Assembly: GCA_028023455.1 (NCBI GenBank) | Contig: JAQFVV010000003.1 | Coordinates: 25,172,001 to 25,236,000 of the forward strand | Source of the DNA: Epiperipatus broadwayi | Lineage: Eukaryota; Animalia; Onychophora | Direction: 5' to 3' | DNA length: 64,000 nucleotides | Shown here: positions 10,529-22,600 of the stretch, piece after piece | How positions within the stretch are numbered: the first letter of the stretch is position 1 | Layout of the letters: each line of letters opens with the position of its first letter | Program-made: the position numbers and the translations under genes | Notes under the pieces: model-generated | Told to the model about the DNA's origin: nothing | Databases searched by the model: none | What the model saw: only the letters and a program-made list of their open reading frames with translations

Positions 10529-13500
10529 TTTTCTGCATGTGTGTGGAAATTTATATCAATAGTATGAGATAGTGTGGATAGTGAAGTGGCTTGAAGTCTG
10601 AGTTCAAATCCCTATATTTACAATTAGGCTACAGGTTTTAGAATGCCTGGTATTTCAAATCATACAAGCTATAAGTAAACTGAATTTTGATGGTTATATA
10701 ATTTTTGGATGTTTGACCAAATGTACACCTTCAATAGCCATTTTTAAGATAACAAACTTACTTCACTACAAGTTAAAATTTGAAGAGATATGAGCTACAA
10801 TCATCATGCATCATTCATTTTTTATTATAGCTGTCATATTGCATAAAAAAAATGATATAGCACTCAACAGTATATGTACATTTCAGGAATAACTTTTTTT
10901 ATCGGGTGATTTGGAGCACAACAATCCACTCACAGAAATCAGCTGCTCAAGTTATATTAATACTGCAATGGCAATCAATTTGGTGTTAAAGTACAAATAA
11001 TTAGCCTTACGGTTACTTACTTTTAATTAATCTATTTTAATGTGGCTGCTCACTAATCAAGAAAAAATTAGAGATTAATGTTCTTTAAAATCTAATATAA
11101 AAAAATTAATATAAACATTTATATAAAAAAAGAGGTTAATGCACTTTGAATTAGATGTAAATAAATTTGAAGGGACATCCAGAGGAGTTTGTCTATTTTT
11201 TCATATAATACGGCAACTATAGTAAGAAATGTGTTATATAGGATCTTTGGAATGTATATATCTTCAAATATATTTATACCTATTTCAACATCCAGTAACT
11301 TATTTAAGACATTCAGTATTATAATAAATTACTAAAAATTAATCATTAATTGGCAGCTTTTATTATATTAAATCAGAAATGTCTCCACCATTGCAGAAAA
11401 TCTGTCTAGTAAAAATAAAAAATAACTGAAAACTATTGTTTGAAATAACTGAAACATCTTTGACATTGTATATATTTAATGTAAAGTTTTTATAGTTATT
11501 TTGCATGCAATGGAAAACAATGACTAACTTCTATTCAAAACAATCAACAGTTATTTAAATTATTTTTTATAACATTCACTGCCAAAGGATTAGTGTCTAA
11601 AAATAACTTAATATAGAAACTATTTGGATATGTATGCCTAATGTAAAGGCAAAAGTATTTATTGATCATGCTATATTAAAAATAAATAAAGCTAAAATAG
11701 CCCATTGCGAAAAAAAAAAAAAAACCCCTTCAAAGTCCTATAGTGAAGGAGAAAACAATACACATCAGATTTTTTTCAATTGTAGTGTGATGAAGGTTTG
11801 ATAATTTTTTCGACTGTTTTATTACCTCTAGATAAAAATAATTAAATACCTATTTGCTAGTCAATACCAAATACATAGCTTAATGGTTTATGGACCATCT
11901 AACTGATAAAAAATGTTAAACGCGATTGAAATTTGAAAAAGTTTTTTTTTTTATTTGATCTAAATTCAAACATACGACATAAATATAAGAGGCGGGTATA
12001 CTACGAGGCTCTATTTTCAGTAACAGAAAACATTATAGTAATTGAAAAAAAAAAAACTTTTTATTAGACTAAAGAAAAGAAGTTAGTATTAAAACTCTTA
12101 AAATAGTAGAAATGTAATGCTATTTTTGAAAAATGAGTCACACATGCAAAAAAAAAAAAAAAAAAGTTTCAACGTATTAGACTTAAACTAGCTTTCGAAA
12201 GAAAATATTACTGGGTCAAATATAGTAGAGAATACAAAAAAAAAAAAAGCACGAACAAGTAAAAAAATGTTCAGTTTTATAATTAATATTACAGTATATA
12301 TAAGATTGCGTGAGTGTGCTACTTATGCTAAATTAAATAAAACAACCATTAAATAGGCCAATGTAGGGTAAAGACCTCTTAAACAGGACCCCAGACATTT
12401 AAAAAGCATTATTCACCAGGCTCACTGATAGTTAGATACTATGCTGAATTTTGAGCAAATTTACAACTTTATTTGATTCTCTAAAGTAAATTCCCATTAA
12501 GTGATCGTTATTGGATGCTTAACTGACTTGGCTAAGTGCTGGCTACTTAAAAAAAATATTCTCAGTGTGAGTTAAAATTGAAAAAAAGCTACAACTTTTA
12601 GCCAGCTGAAATTTAAATCCAGATCACTATAGATAGGTACTAGAAGTGAAATGTTCTATTGACACCATGTAGCCTTTGTGTGCCAAAATAAAAAAGATAA
12701 CAAAAAGGATGAAGAAAATTTTGCATTGAGATGTGTCTTAAGCTAAACTTTGATTATTAAAATCACTTCATTATTTAAAGTCTTTTAGAAGGAAAAATTG
12801 TTTAAGAAATCAAATGTATTTTTATTTTACCATGATGAAATTCTAGCAACCCGCCTCAAAAGCACTAAGCACTTAATATTTTAGCACTCTTTATAGCTTC
12901 TCTTTCAAGTGCTTTACATACTTTTAATTTTGTTTATTTAAATCAAGCCTTCTAAATCTAAGTATTAAATATAAGTAAACCAAGTAGCCAAAAATATACA
13001 AATGAATTTATAACTTGTCCAATATATTGGTTTGAGGTAGATAAAATTTTGAAAGTTTATTAAATTGTTTAGTCAATAAATTGATTACCTTAAGTCCAAG
13101 ATTCAGCTGAGAGGAAATTGTTTCTCTATAAAAATAGAATTATGTTTGTTGAATATGTTCAGCCATAAAATATATAAGTACCATATGATTTATACTATCA
13201 TTTATTTAAAGCATTAATATCAATAATATTATTTATTTATACATTCATTATGTTATAATTCAAGTCATCCAGCACATGTTTCAATGGATAAAGAAAAGGT
13301 GCCTATCTGGCTGATGATCTTAACTTGAGTTTATATTATTAGCATTCTAAAAAATCAAGATAGGGATTATTTTCTGGTTGTCTTATTTTGGGGGAAACAC
13401 TATATCAATGACAGATTAAATGTAAAGTATCAGTCATATGAAACTTTATTTTGGTAGAAATAAAATAAAAACTTCAGAACAAAAACTTTCTCATCAATTT

Positions 13501-15669
13501 TTTATAGAATAAAAACATAGGGAAATAGTATGAATCACAGGCTTATTTTTAAACCCTAAGTTATAATTGTGTTAATTAATGTTCTTATACCTACATTATG
13601 AGTTCTTTTGTTTTAATATATGTGATATATATATATACACAAATATCCTCTATATATTCTGTATTTTCTACATCTGCATGTATTTCATATCTATATGTTT
13701 TATGTAAATACATATTTCACTTTCTATCCTAATTAGTTTAACCCAATAGTGGGTTTAAGAGCTAAATCTTAGTATGATCAATTAATTATGCAGTTGTTTT
13801 GCACAGCATGTTTTTTTGTTTCTTAAACATCATTTGAATTTCTGAACAACTGATCATACAATAAATAAATTTCATTTTGAGAGGATTTATAAGTTTAAAA
13901 TATTTTGATAAAAATTGAAATATAAAACAAGTATATAAAAATGTTGGAATTTATATTTAATTTGTGATTACCATGATAAATGTGCTTCAAACATAATGAA
14001 GATGTAATATTAGTGTATTAATGTGAATGATAGTGATATCAATTTCAACTTGAAAATGTTGGAATTTATATTTAATTTATGATTATCATGATAATTAGGC
14101 AGATACAAAGAAAATATATTAGTGTGTTCATGTGATTGTTTGTCTAATCTCAAATACATATAAAAATAAAAAAATATCAACTTTAACTTGAAAACATTAT
14201 TCTGCATGTATAAACAATATGCTTTACTTTTTATTTGTGTTTGTATTTAATTAAAGTAATATCACAAAAATTATAGTTTTGAATTTTTTCTCTCCATTCT
14301 ATATATATTTTTTATAGGTTATAACTATAAAAACAGCAAAAAGTTTAAAGATTTTCAATTTTTTTGTATTTAATTTATTTAACACATATCTTTTATATAT
14401 TTAAAATAAATATATAAAAGCATTTTAGTGTATGATGAGACAAATTTGTACGTCTGTCACTCTATTCACTCTATTATAATTTAATGCTCATTAATGTAAC
14501 TTAATGTGTACCAAGAATGTAATCATGGATAGAATCTTGCTTATTCCTATCTATTCTAGAAACACTATTGATTGAAGCTATCAATAAATTATATTAACAT
14601 AAGAACACAAATTTACAGTGAATGATCAAACAAAAAACTTTTGCCCTAAAATCTGTTTCAAGTTAAAGGTCTCTTCAACAATATTTTTTTTTACAAAGAG
14701 AAATAGTGAAGGAAAAATATTATTCACCAGATTAATAAAATGTCAGTTAATGAAGGTTATTGGGTTTTTCCTTTTTTGTTTTGTCATTTAGTTAAGAATA
14801 TCTACTTGCACATTTACTGATCCATAATTGAATGCTTAGCTATGCTGGCTATTCAAAAAATCTTAAGTTTGTTTGGAAATTTTTGTTAATTTCAAAAAAA
14901 TTTCAAGCAACCAGATTTAAATTTCCAGTTTAGGTCAAGACAAATAGATATACTAATCATGACATTATGCATCATATATTCTTGGCAATGCATAAATTAT
15001 TTATTTGTCATATAATGAATTGCTCAGAAAATCATTTAAGATTAAAGTATATAAGATCAATTAAACAAGTTAAACATAATAATTTCCACACTAAAATTAA
15101 ATAAACATATTTAATTAAACAAACAGATTTTTAAATTTTTTTCTTTAGATGTATATATTTGCATTTTTTTTTTCCACCATCAGATGAAAAATATTTTTGA
15201 AAATTTTAACTTTTGGGCCTGTCTTTTTCATCCCTGGGTTAAATTATTCAAAAAAAAACACTATACCAAATGAAATGTGATAACAAACACCCATAAAAGA
15301 CAAATCTTTTATTTATTACCACTCAGCATATTTTTACATAGTAATAATTTTTAGCATAATTTTAAAAAAGATGTTTGATTTTTTTTTATAAGTATTTAAT
15401 TTATTTAACATATCTTTTGCATGTTTCAAATAACTATGAAAGAAAAATATAACAAGACAAAGTTATCTGTTTGTCATCCAATATATGATCTCATAAAAAT
15501 GACAATAATAATCATAATAATAATCAGTAATAACATCAATAATATTTTTTTATTTATTGCTTGGAATATCATTGAAATTAAGCATCCAAACAGAACTTCC
15601 ATTCACTTGATCTAGCTTTATTTATTTATTTTCCTCAGCTTGGAATTGATCCAGGAATCTTTATTTCAG

Positions 15670-15919
15670 GCAAAACTCTCCAAACAGTAGTGCCACTCAG
15701 TGCAAGCCAGAGTAATCAATGGATGCCAGAAGGCTTGTGCATAAAATCCCTACCTAGTTCCTACTCATCCTATATCCTCGACTAGTTTCTAGCTTGTGGC
15801 TTTCATCAGTGAGGAGCCTTGGATCTGAGAGCATTGTACCTAAATCTTAAGATCTAATGCAACCCTCCAGCAGTCACTTTTTATCTCAACTACAAAACTA
15901 TGAGAATAAAATTGAAAAC
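15670..15919 (-). mobile_element. Family C HHR-bearing element, locus C1 (partial unit)
   Basis: Homologous to 16021-16275 (caaaactctcc...aaaactatgagaat...ttgaaaac). Confidence 0.85.
15767..15824 (-). ncRNA. Minimal type I hammerhead, family C (core intact, 1-nt deletion in stem I)
   Basis: Minus: atccaaggc TCCTCA CTGATGA a AGC-cacaa-GCT a GAAA C-ta-G-TC / GAGGA tataggat. Stem II AGC/GCT covaries with GGC/GCC in the other copies. Confidence 0.8.
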
Positions 15920-16119
15920 GAATTGATATAATTGTAATCACTGTCAAACTTATTACATAATAAAACATTTAAAAATCTGTTAAAAAATTATATAATACTG
16001 ATGAATTTATTTATATAAACAGAGCAAAACTCTCCATACAGTATTGCCATCTGTGCTAAACAGAGTAATCAATGGATGCCAGAAGGCTTGTGCATAAAAT
16101 CCCTATCCAATGCCTACTC

Positions 16120-16178
16120 ATCCAATATCCCCAGACTAGTTTCTGGCTTGTGGCCTTCGTCAGTGAGGAGCTTTGGAT
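16120..16178 (-). ncRNA. Minimal type I hammerhead, family C, core intact
   Basis: Minus: ATCCAA-agc-TCCTCA CTGACGA a GGC-cacaa-GCC a GAAA C-ta-G-TC / TGGGGA-ta-TTGGAT. Confidence 0.85.
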
Positions 16179-16591
16179 CTGAGAGCACTGCATCTAGATC
16201 TTAGGATCTAATGCAACCCTCTAGCAACCATCTTTTATCTCTACTTAACTACAAAACTATGAGAATGAAATTGAAAACACAAAAAATATTTTCAATCTAA
16301 GCTCAATAGCTTATATAGTCATATGGATCTGAACTCAGTTCAGCACCCATACATTTTGGTGTCTTTGGCTCTTTTACAACCATAGCCACCACTATCCTAT
16401 TAGGCAGGATTGGTGTTAAATCATTAAGCATCACATGATCACATTTCCTATACTAGCACATTAATTGTTGATAAACAGAGCAAAACTCTCCATACAGTAT
16501 TGCCACCTGTGCTAAACAGAGTAATCAATGGATAAAAGGTGGTTGCTAGAGGGTTGCATTAGATCCTAAGATCTAGATGCAGTGCTCTCAG

Positions 16592-16650
16592 ATCCAAAGC
16601 TCCTCACTGACGAAGGCCACAAGCCAGAAACTAGTCTGGGGATATTGGAT
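16592..16650 (+). ncRNA. Minimal type I hammerhead, family C, core intact
   Basis: ATCCAA-agc-TCCTCA CTGACGA(16607-13) a GGC-cacaa-GCC a GAAA(16627-30) C-ta-G-TC / TGGGGA-ta-TTGGAT. GUC cleavage predicted after 16636. Palindromic ACTAGT stem III. Confidence 0.85.
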
Positions 16651-19626
16651 GAGTAGGCATTGGATAGGGATTTTATGCACAAGCCTTCTGGCATCCATTG
16701 ATTACTCTGTTTAGCACAGGTGGCAATACTGTATGGAGAGTTTTGCTCTGTTTATCAACAATTAATGTGCTCGTATAGGAAATGTAATCATGTGATGCTT
16801 AATGAATTTATTTGTTGATTTTCTGCAAAAAAGAAAAAGTAATTTTAGTTTTTACTTTGAGTAATTACCCAGTGGAATAAATGGCTAATTAAGTAGTCAT
16901 TCTTTGACAATATGATACTTTGGATACAGACACATTTTTAAAAGAGAAAAAGAAAATTGGTTGAAATAAAGAACATCAAGAATCATTGGGCCATTTATAA
17001 ATAGATTTTTATTAGTGGAACTGAATTACCATCCCAGGCGGTCATCATTAGCCTTTAAAGAGAACAGGACAATTGCGCCTTCCACTGACAACTAAAATAA
17101 AATTGAAGAGTAAAATTTCACTTTTTTAAAAACAGTAATCAATATCACAGGAAGAAGTGTTGCTTTATTTAGAAAAACGACAATTAGAATGCAATATATC
17201 TACACATGTGCGCACAAACACATTACTACAGTTATAATATTAATCTAAATGAAATTTTCTGAAGTGAAAGTGTAAATAAAATTTCCAACATACAATAAAC
17301 AAAGATTTAAAAAATAGAACTATTAGTTGGTCGGCAAATCACGTGATATTCGACTACCCAAATGACAGATTGAGCCCCAAATTAGATATTGGTGAGCAAT
17401 TGAGTGAGAATTAAAATAGAATTAAAAGAATGGTTCAGGCATTATAATATATATATATTTTATTATAATAATCATATTTTGGAATTTTATATAAGTTATA
17501 ATAATCATGAGAACTATAAATGCAGTAATGATTGGAAGAGGTTTACCACAATAAAAAAATTCCAGAAGTAATTAGCTACCCCCCCCCCCCCAAAAAAAAA
17601 AAAAAACCCAAATATCTTAAAACTTCAGTTGTGAATTGCAACTCAGTAGTAATAACTTGAAATTATTACTACTACGGTGAAATTCTGATAAAATATTCTC
17701 TGGCCTAAAAAATATTCAGAAGGCAAGCAAGTCATCCATACTGATTCAGAAAAGGTTTCTCTACAGATCTTTGCCATAATTATTCAACAAATTTCCATTT
17801 TTCATTATCTCATTTCAACAGACTTTTAAAGGAAGCTTCTTGCGATTCAATTGTGTATTATTCTGCTGTACATCTGTTTAGTTCAATTCTTTAATCTGTA
17901 CAATGGCAGCAATAATACTATTCCTAAATCATTATTTTTTTGCCTCTGGTGTTGCCAAAATATTTTTTAAAATCCCTTTTCGTTTTCTTGTAATCTTGGC
18001 TTTATTTTAATATTTTTTCCAATAAATTTATTAAATGTAAATAAGTATGATATAAAGTGATTTTGTACAGAAAAAAAAGGAAAAATTAATACAAACAAAT
18101 TTTGTAAAAGTGTGAATTTTTGATTATCTTCTGATTATCAGTTCTCAATTAACAGCTCATGTTCTGCAGTTCACTGCATGACTCATTCTTATAGTGAATA
18201 ACAAATGTAATCCAATAAATTCTTAGTATACTAAGTTGTTTTTTAACTAAATGTTAAAAACAATAAATTACTCATTGAAAGTTTTCTTTTTAAGAAAAAA
18301 TTATATATTTACTTTCTATGTAATGTTGGATTTAATAAACATACATCTTTAACAAAGATCAAATTCACTCAGCTTAGTTATGATGGCAGAATGCATTATC
18401 ATTGGCAAATGAATAATAAATACTACTGTCTCTAAGGTAATATCAAATTGTTAAACTTTACTTTAATATTACTTCAACAATTTTGCAAAACTGGCTAAAT
18501 AAAGATTACAAATTTTTGATTACAGTATTATTAAAAACACCCTCGATTAATCTAAGTCTATTCAAATAATCATTATTCATTTAGAGTCTTGAACTTTCTC
18601 CGGTGTAAAGCTTTAAGCCCTTCTGAATGTATCACTTGTTTTAATCATTTCAACGCAAGTTCTTTTTACTTCCTTCATTTTTTTTTTTATAAAAAAAAAC
18701 ATTATTCACAACTGGCATATATACATAATCCAAAACATCTATGAAATCTAAATATACCAGAAGTTGTTATTCATCTCATCATTTAAATTGTTTTAGTTAT
18801 TATTTATAGATAATCCATAGTATAAAATTCACTTTTAAATTTTGCCTATTCTCTCAGTTGAGTGAAATCCAACTTTTTTCTACAGGTTTTATCAACAAAT
18901 TTATAGAGAATAGATAACAAGCAATAGAAGTTTTGTTCATTATCAATAAGCAATCGATAGTTTGCCACTTGAAAATTCATATAATGTTTGAGTACCAGAA
19001 ATGGCAGAGTTGAATTGTGATCCATGAACTATTAATTCTCAAGTACATCATTCTAATATTGCTTTGAACCATTCTAGGACAGGAATGGTCTGAAATTGCT
19101 TATCTTCTTGCTCTCAATAAGATAATTAAATGTAGTACTTCATATTTGGAGGTTTAGTGCTATAAAAACAATATTTCCAGAAGCTATTTAATAAAAAAAA
19201 TAACAGAAACTATTGCATTAAGTAACTTCAGAAACACACATTTTAATTATCAATAGGCTAAGAATCCAGTCCTAGAGTACTGAGCTACTGATAGTGCAAA
19301 AAAAAACACGTTACACTTTTACTTAAAAGTATCAAACTTTCTACACTCTTTGATAATGACCAGATAAAAATATATTAATAATTATTGCTAATCATTTATT
19401 AAACTAAATTATTGTACTTAGTCTAGATATAAACTTTAAACTTAAGTTAAAAATTAACATATAAGTTTTTTTTAAATTAAACATAACCATGTAGTGTTTA
19501 AGTACGATATTTGTTATAAAAAAAGTTACTTTATACCATGAGATTAGTTTCAATCATGTGACATTTGAGCATCAAGTAAAATGTTGAGCCCCAAAATTCT
19601 ATTCATTGCAATGCTGCTATTACTAT

Positions 19627-19690
19627 AGTAATAATAATAATAATAACAATAACAATAATAATAATAATTATTATTATTATTATTTAATTT
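19627..19690. repeat. (AAT)n/(ATT)n microsatellite, partly the 3' tail of the adjacent LINE
   Basis: taataataat...aacaataataataataat tattattattattatt directly abuts the LINE 3' end. It explains the poly-N ORF 19606-19836. Confidence 0.85.
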
Positions 19691-22600
19691 TAATTAAATT
19701 TAGTACATTTAACAGATATATAGGTAATCTAGCTCACAAAACATTTGCAGAGTTTTTGTACACTAGTTTTAAATGTTTTATCATTTGTTTCAAATATATT
19801 AACAGCACTAAAGTATTTATTATCCAATTTAGGTAATCTTATTAATAATGAATTTTTTAATGTTCCACTTTTAAACCTTGGAATGTTATATAAATTTTTT
19901 AATTTCGTATTTTTTTATTTTCATCATAAATGATAATGTTGTTTGGCAACTTCTCACCTCTATTATACTTGATGTAATTTTTTAAAAATACTTTATATCA
20001 GTATAGATTCGTCTTTTATAGAGTGCATTGACTCATATATTATTTCATATTTAATATATCTTAGAAAGTTTTTATAAATCTTTTCCAGTGTTAATCTATT
20101 ACTTAATTTACAAGAGTTTCAGATCACAGATCCGACCACAGATCCAATTTAAAATAGGTAAAAACCAAATGTATGAAACAAATATACACATGTATTTCTC
20201 TCAAACATTTTATAGTTTCTGAGAATCAAACCCATTATTTTATAATTTTTTTCGATAATATATTGAATATTGTTATTAAATGTCCCATTATTATTAAAAT
20301 TAATACTTAAATCTTTATATTCTTTTCTTGAAATACTTTTTGAATTTAATGTATAATTGAACATACTTGTAGGTGATTTTTTAGAAAAAGATATTACACA
20401 ATATTTTTTAATTATCATATAATTTCTTATACAGCAATCTTGAAATCTTTTGATATCAGACTGTAAAATTTTCTGATCATCAAAATTATTAATAACTTAA
20501 TACAATTTAATATTATTTGCACAGCAAAGAATATTAGAACCAACTACACACTGCTTTATATCCAAACAATAAACTGAAAAGAATAGTAGTCCAAGTATAC
20601 TTCCTTGAGGTACTCCAGCATTAATAACTTATGTATATGATCTTGTAGATCCAAAAGAAACAAAATTAGGACTGAATATTTGAGACAAAAGATACAAACC
20701 ACTGCAGAAAGTCACAACTAAAACCAATAATATGCAATCTACTAATCAACCTGGAGTGATCTACTTGGTCAAATGCTTTGCTTAAATTAAAATAAATTAC
20801 ATCTAGCTACAACCTGTTATCAATTGCATTTGCAATAGCATCTTGAATATGTATCAAATTAATCCTAACAGATTTACTTAATATAAAGTCATGTTGTGTT
20901 TTAAATAATGATCTACTTACTTTATTATCTTATTATACACACATTTTTCAAAGTTTTTCCAGCTGTACATAATAATGAAATAAGTTTATAATTACCAACA
21001 TCAGTTGACTTGAATTTTGATATTGGTATAACTTTTGCAACTTTCCATGAATCAGTAAAAATACTCTGTTGTAAAGTAATATTAAAGATACAACAAAGCA
21101 CCAGAGCTAGCAGTTCAGCACATCCTTTGTAAATAAAAACAGGTTATATATCGTACCCCAAATTTTTTTATTTTTCAGCTGTTTTACTGCAAATAAAACA
21201 TCATCATAATTTGGTGAGTCAATACCTATCAAATTGTTAGTTTTAGAAGCAGTAGTTGTGTAAGATTTAGATAGCACATTTTTTCTTGTACAATGAGAAG
21301 TAATTAGAAAAATCATCAGCTGTAAGATTCCCATTGTCAAATGACATTTTATTTTTTATACCAGAATGCTTTTTAATGAATGACCAAAAGTAATTCGAAT
21401 TGCAATTTATGTAGCTCTCTAGTTTCTCAATATATCTTCTGAAATCAATTTTTTCTATGATTTTAAATAATCTTCTAAAATTTGTAAAGTTATTATAACA
21501 TACTGATCCTGATTTCATAAACAACTTATGATGCCTAAGTTTCCTTTGGTATATATAAATCAATTTCAATTATATTAATATAAAGAAGAATATATATTAC
21601 CAACCCAAAACAGCTGATATCCTAATGTCATTTCAATCCAAATAGAATTGATTATATTTACTCACTTTATTACATCATTGTTTTTAACAGCCAAAAAACA
21701 CTTCCACCTCTTGAAAGCTTAAAGTTTACTGGATCAAGTCTATACAATAAGTATCTATGATCTACAATCTGATCATTAACAAATTCATAATTCAGCCATG
21801 TTTCTGTCAAGGCTATTAGATCATACTCTTCTGCAAAAATTATAAATGCAATAATTCATTATGCATTGCTAATATTATTCTCAACTACCTGATCCTTTAT
21901 TAGTTCATTAACAAATAAATCTTTATTTAATTTCCCATAAAATAAACATAAATGCCTGCAGGCCAAAATTTGAATTAATTATTTCATTCATATCATTTTC
22001 TTTTACAAAAATATAAAATAAAGAATACAATTTATTTACAGGTATAAACTTATGACATACTCCAGTTGTACCTAGTTTTTCCATTTACGTAAGAAATCAC
22101 CTCTTTTGATGTAATTTCTGGATTTAATTTTTGTCAAAAAGAATCTTATATTTTTGTTTAACAGGAATAGCTTTTAACCATGTGTCAGCAAGATTTCCTA
22201 TAATAGCATTTTCGTTAAATGTATTAGATTTTACATTTCTTTTCTTATGTGTCATCAACTCAAATCCTTCTCTGAGTCAATATCTTTTTTTTAAATAATG
22301 ACCACTGCTTTTAACTTGATTATTATTATAATATTCTGTTTTAAGATTTTTATTCTCTACAGTCAGACCTTCAGATAAAACGTCACTTCATGTCTTAATA
22401 CCATTATTAGAAATAATATTTTCTTTTTCAAAATTAGATTGTTGATAAGATAAATTTTCAGCAATTAATTTCTCTGCTTCCATAGAAGCTACATTTTTAT
22501 CAATAATTGTTCCTTTATTTAATTCATTTTGTAAAGGCAATTTCTTCCTAATTTTCGTCTTTTTAATCTCTTCACTTTTCAGACTTTCATTAACAAATTC

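Larger units (their letters stand above)
9632..10660. mobile_element. Family B element, locus B2: about 1.25 units on minus joined to about 0.9 unit on plus
   Basis: Left arm period about 470 (gatttgaac about 9642, gatatgaac about 10112), truncated near 10222 inside the second HHR. Right arm 10223-10660 is the reverse complement. The middle of the unit differs from B1, indicating a subfamily. Confidence 0.85.
16015..16806. mobile_element. Family C element, locus C2: about 1.13 units on minus joined to about 0.6 unit on plus; young
   Basis: agagcaaaactctcc at 16021 and 16477 (period 456). Inversion junction at GAT 16531-16533. Right arm 16534-16806 differs from the left arm at only a handful of positions. 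Confidence 0.9.

Noticed and set aside
18550-19100. pogo/DDE_1-like peptide hints on the minus strand
   Set aside because: The motifs are weak and in the wrong order relative to each other.
19606-19836. Poly-Asn/Tyr ORF
   Set aside because: Translation of the (AAT)n/(ATT)n microsatellite.
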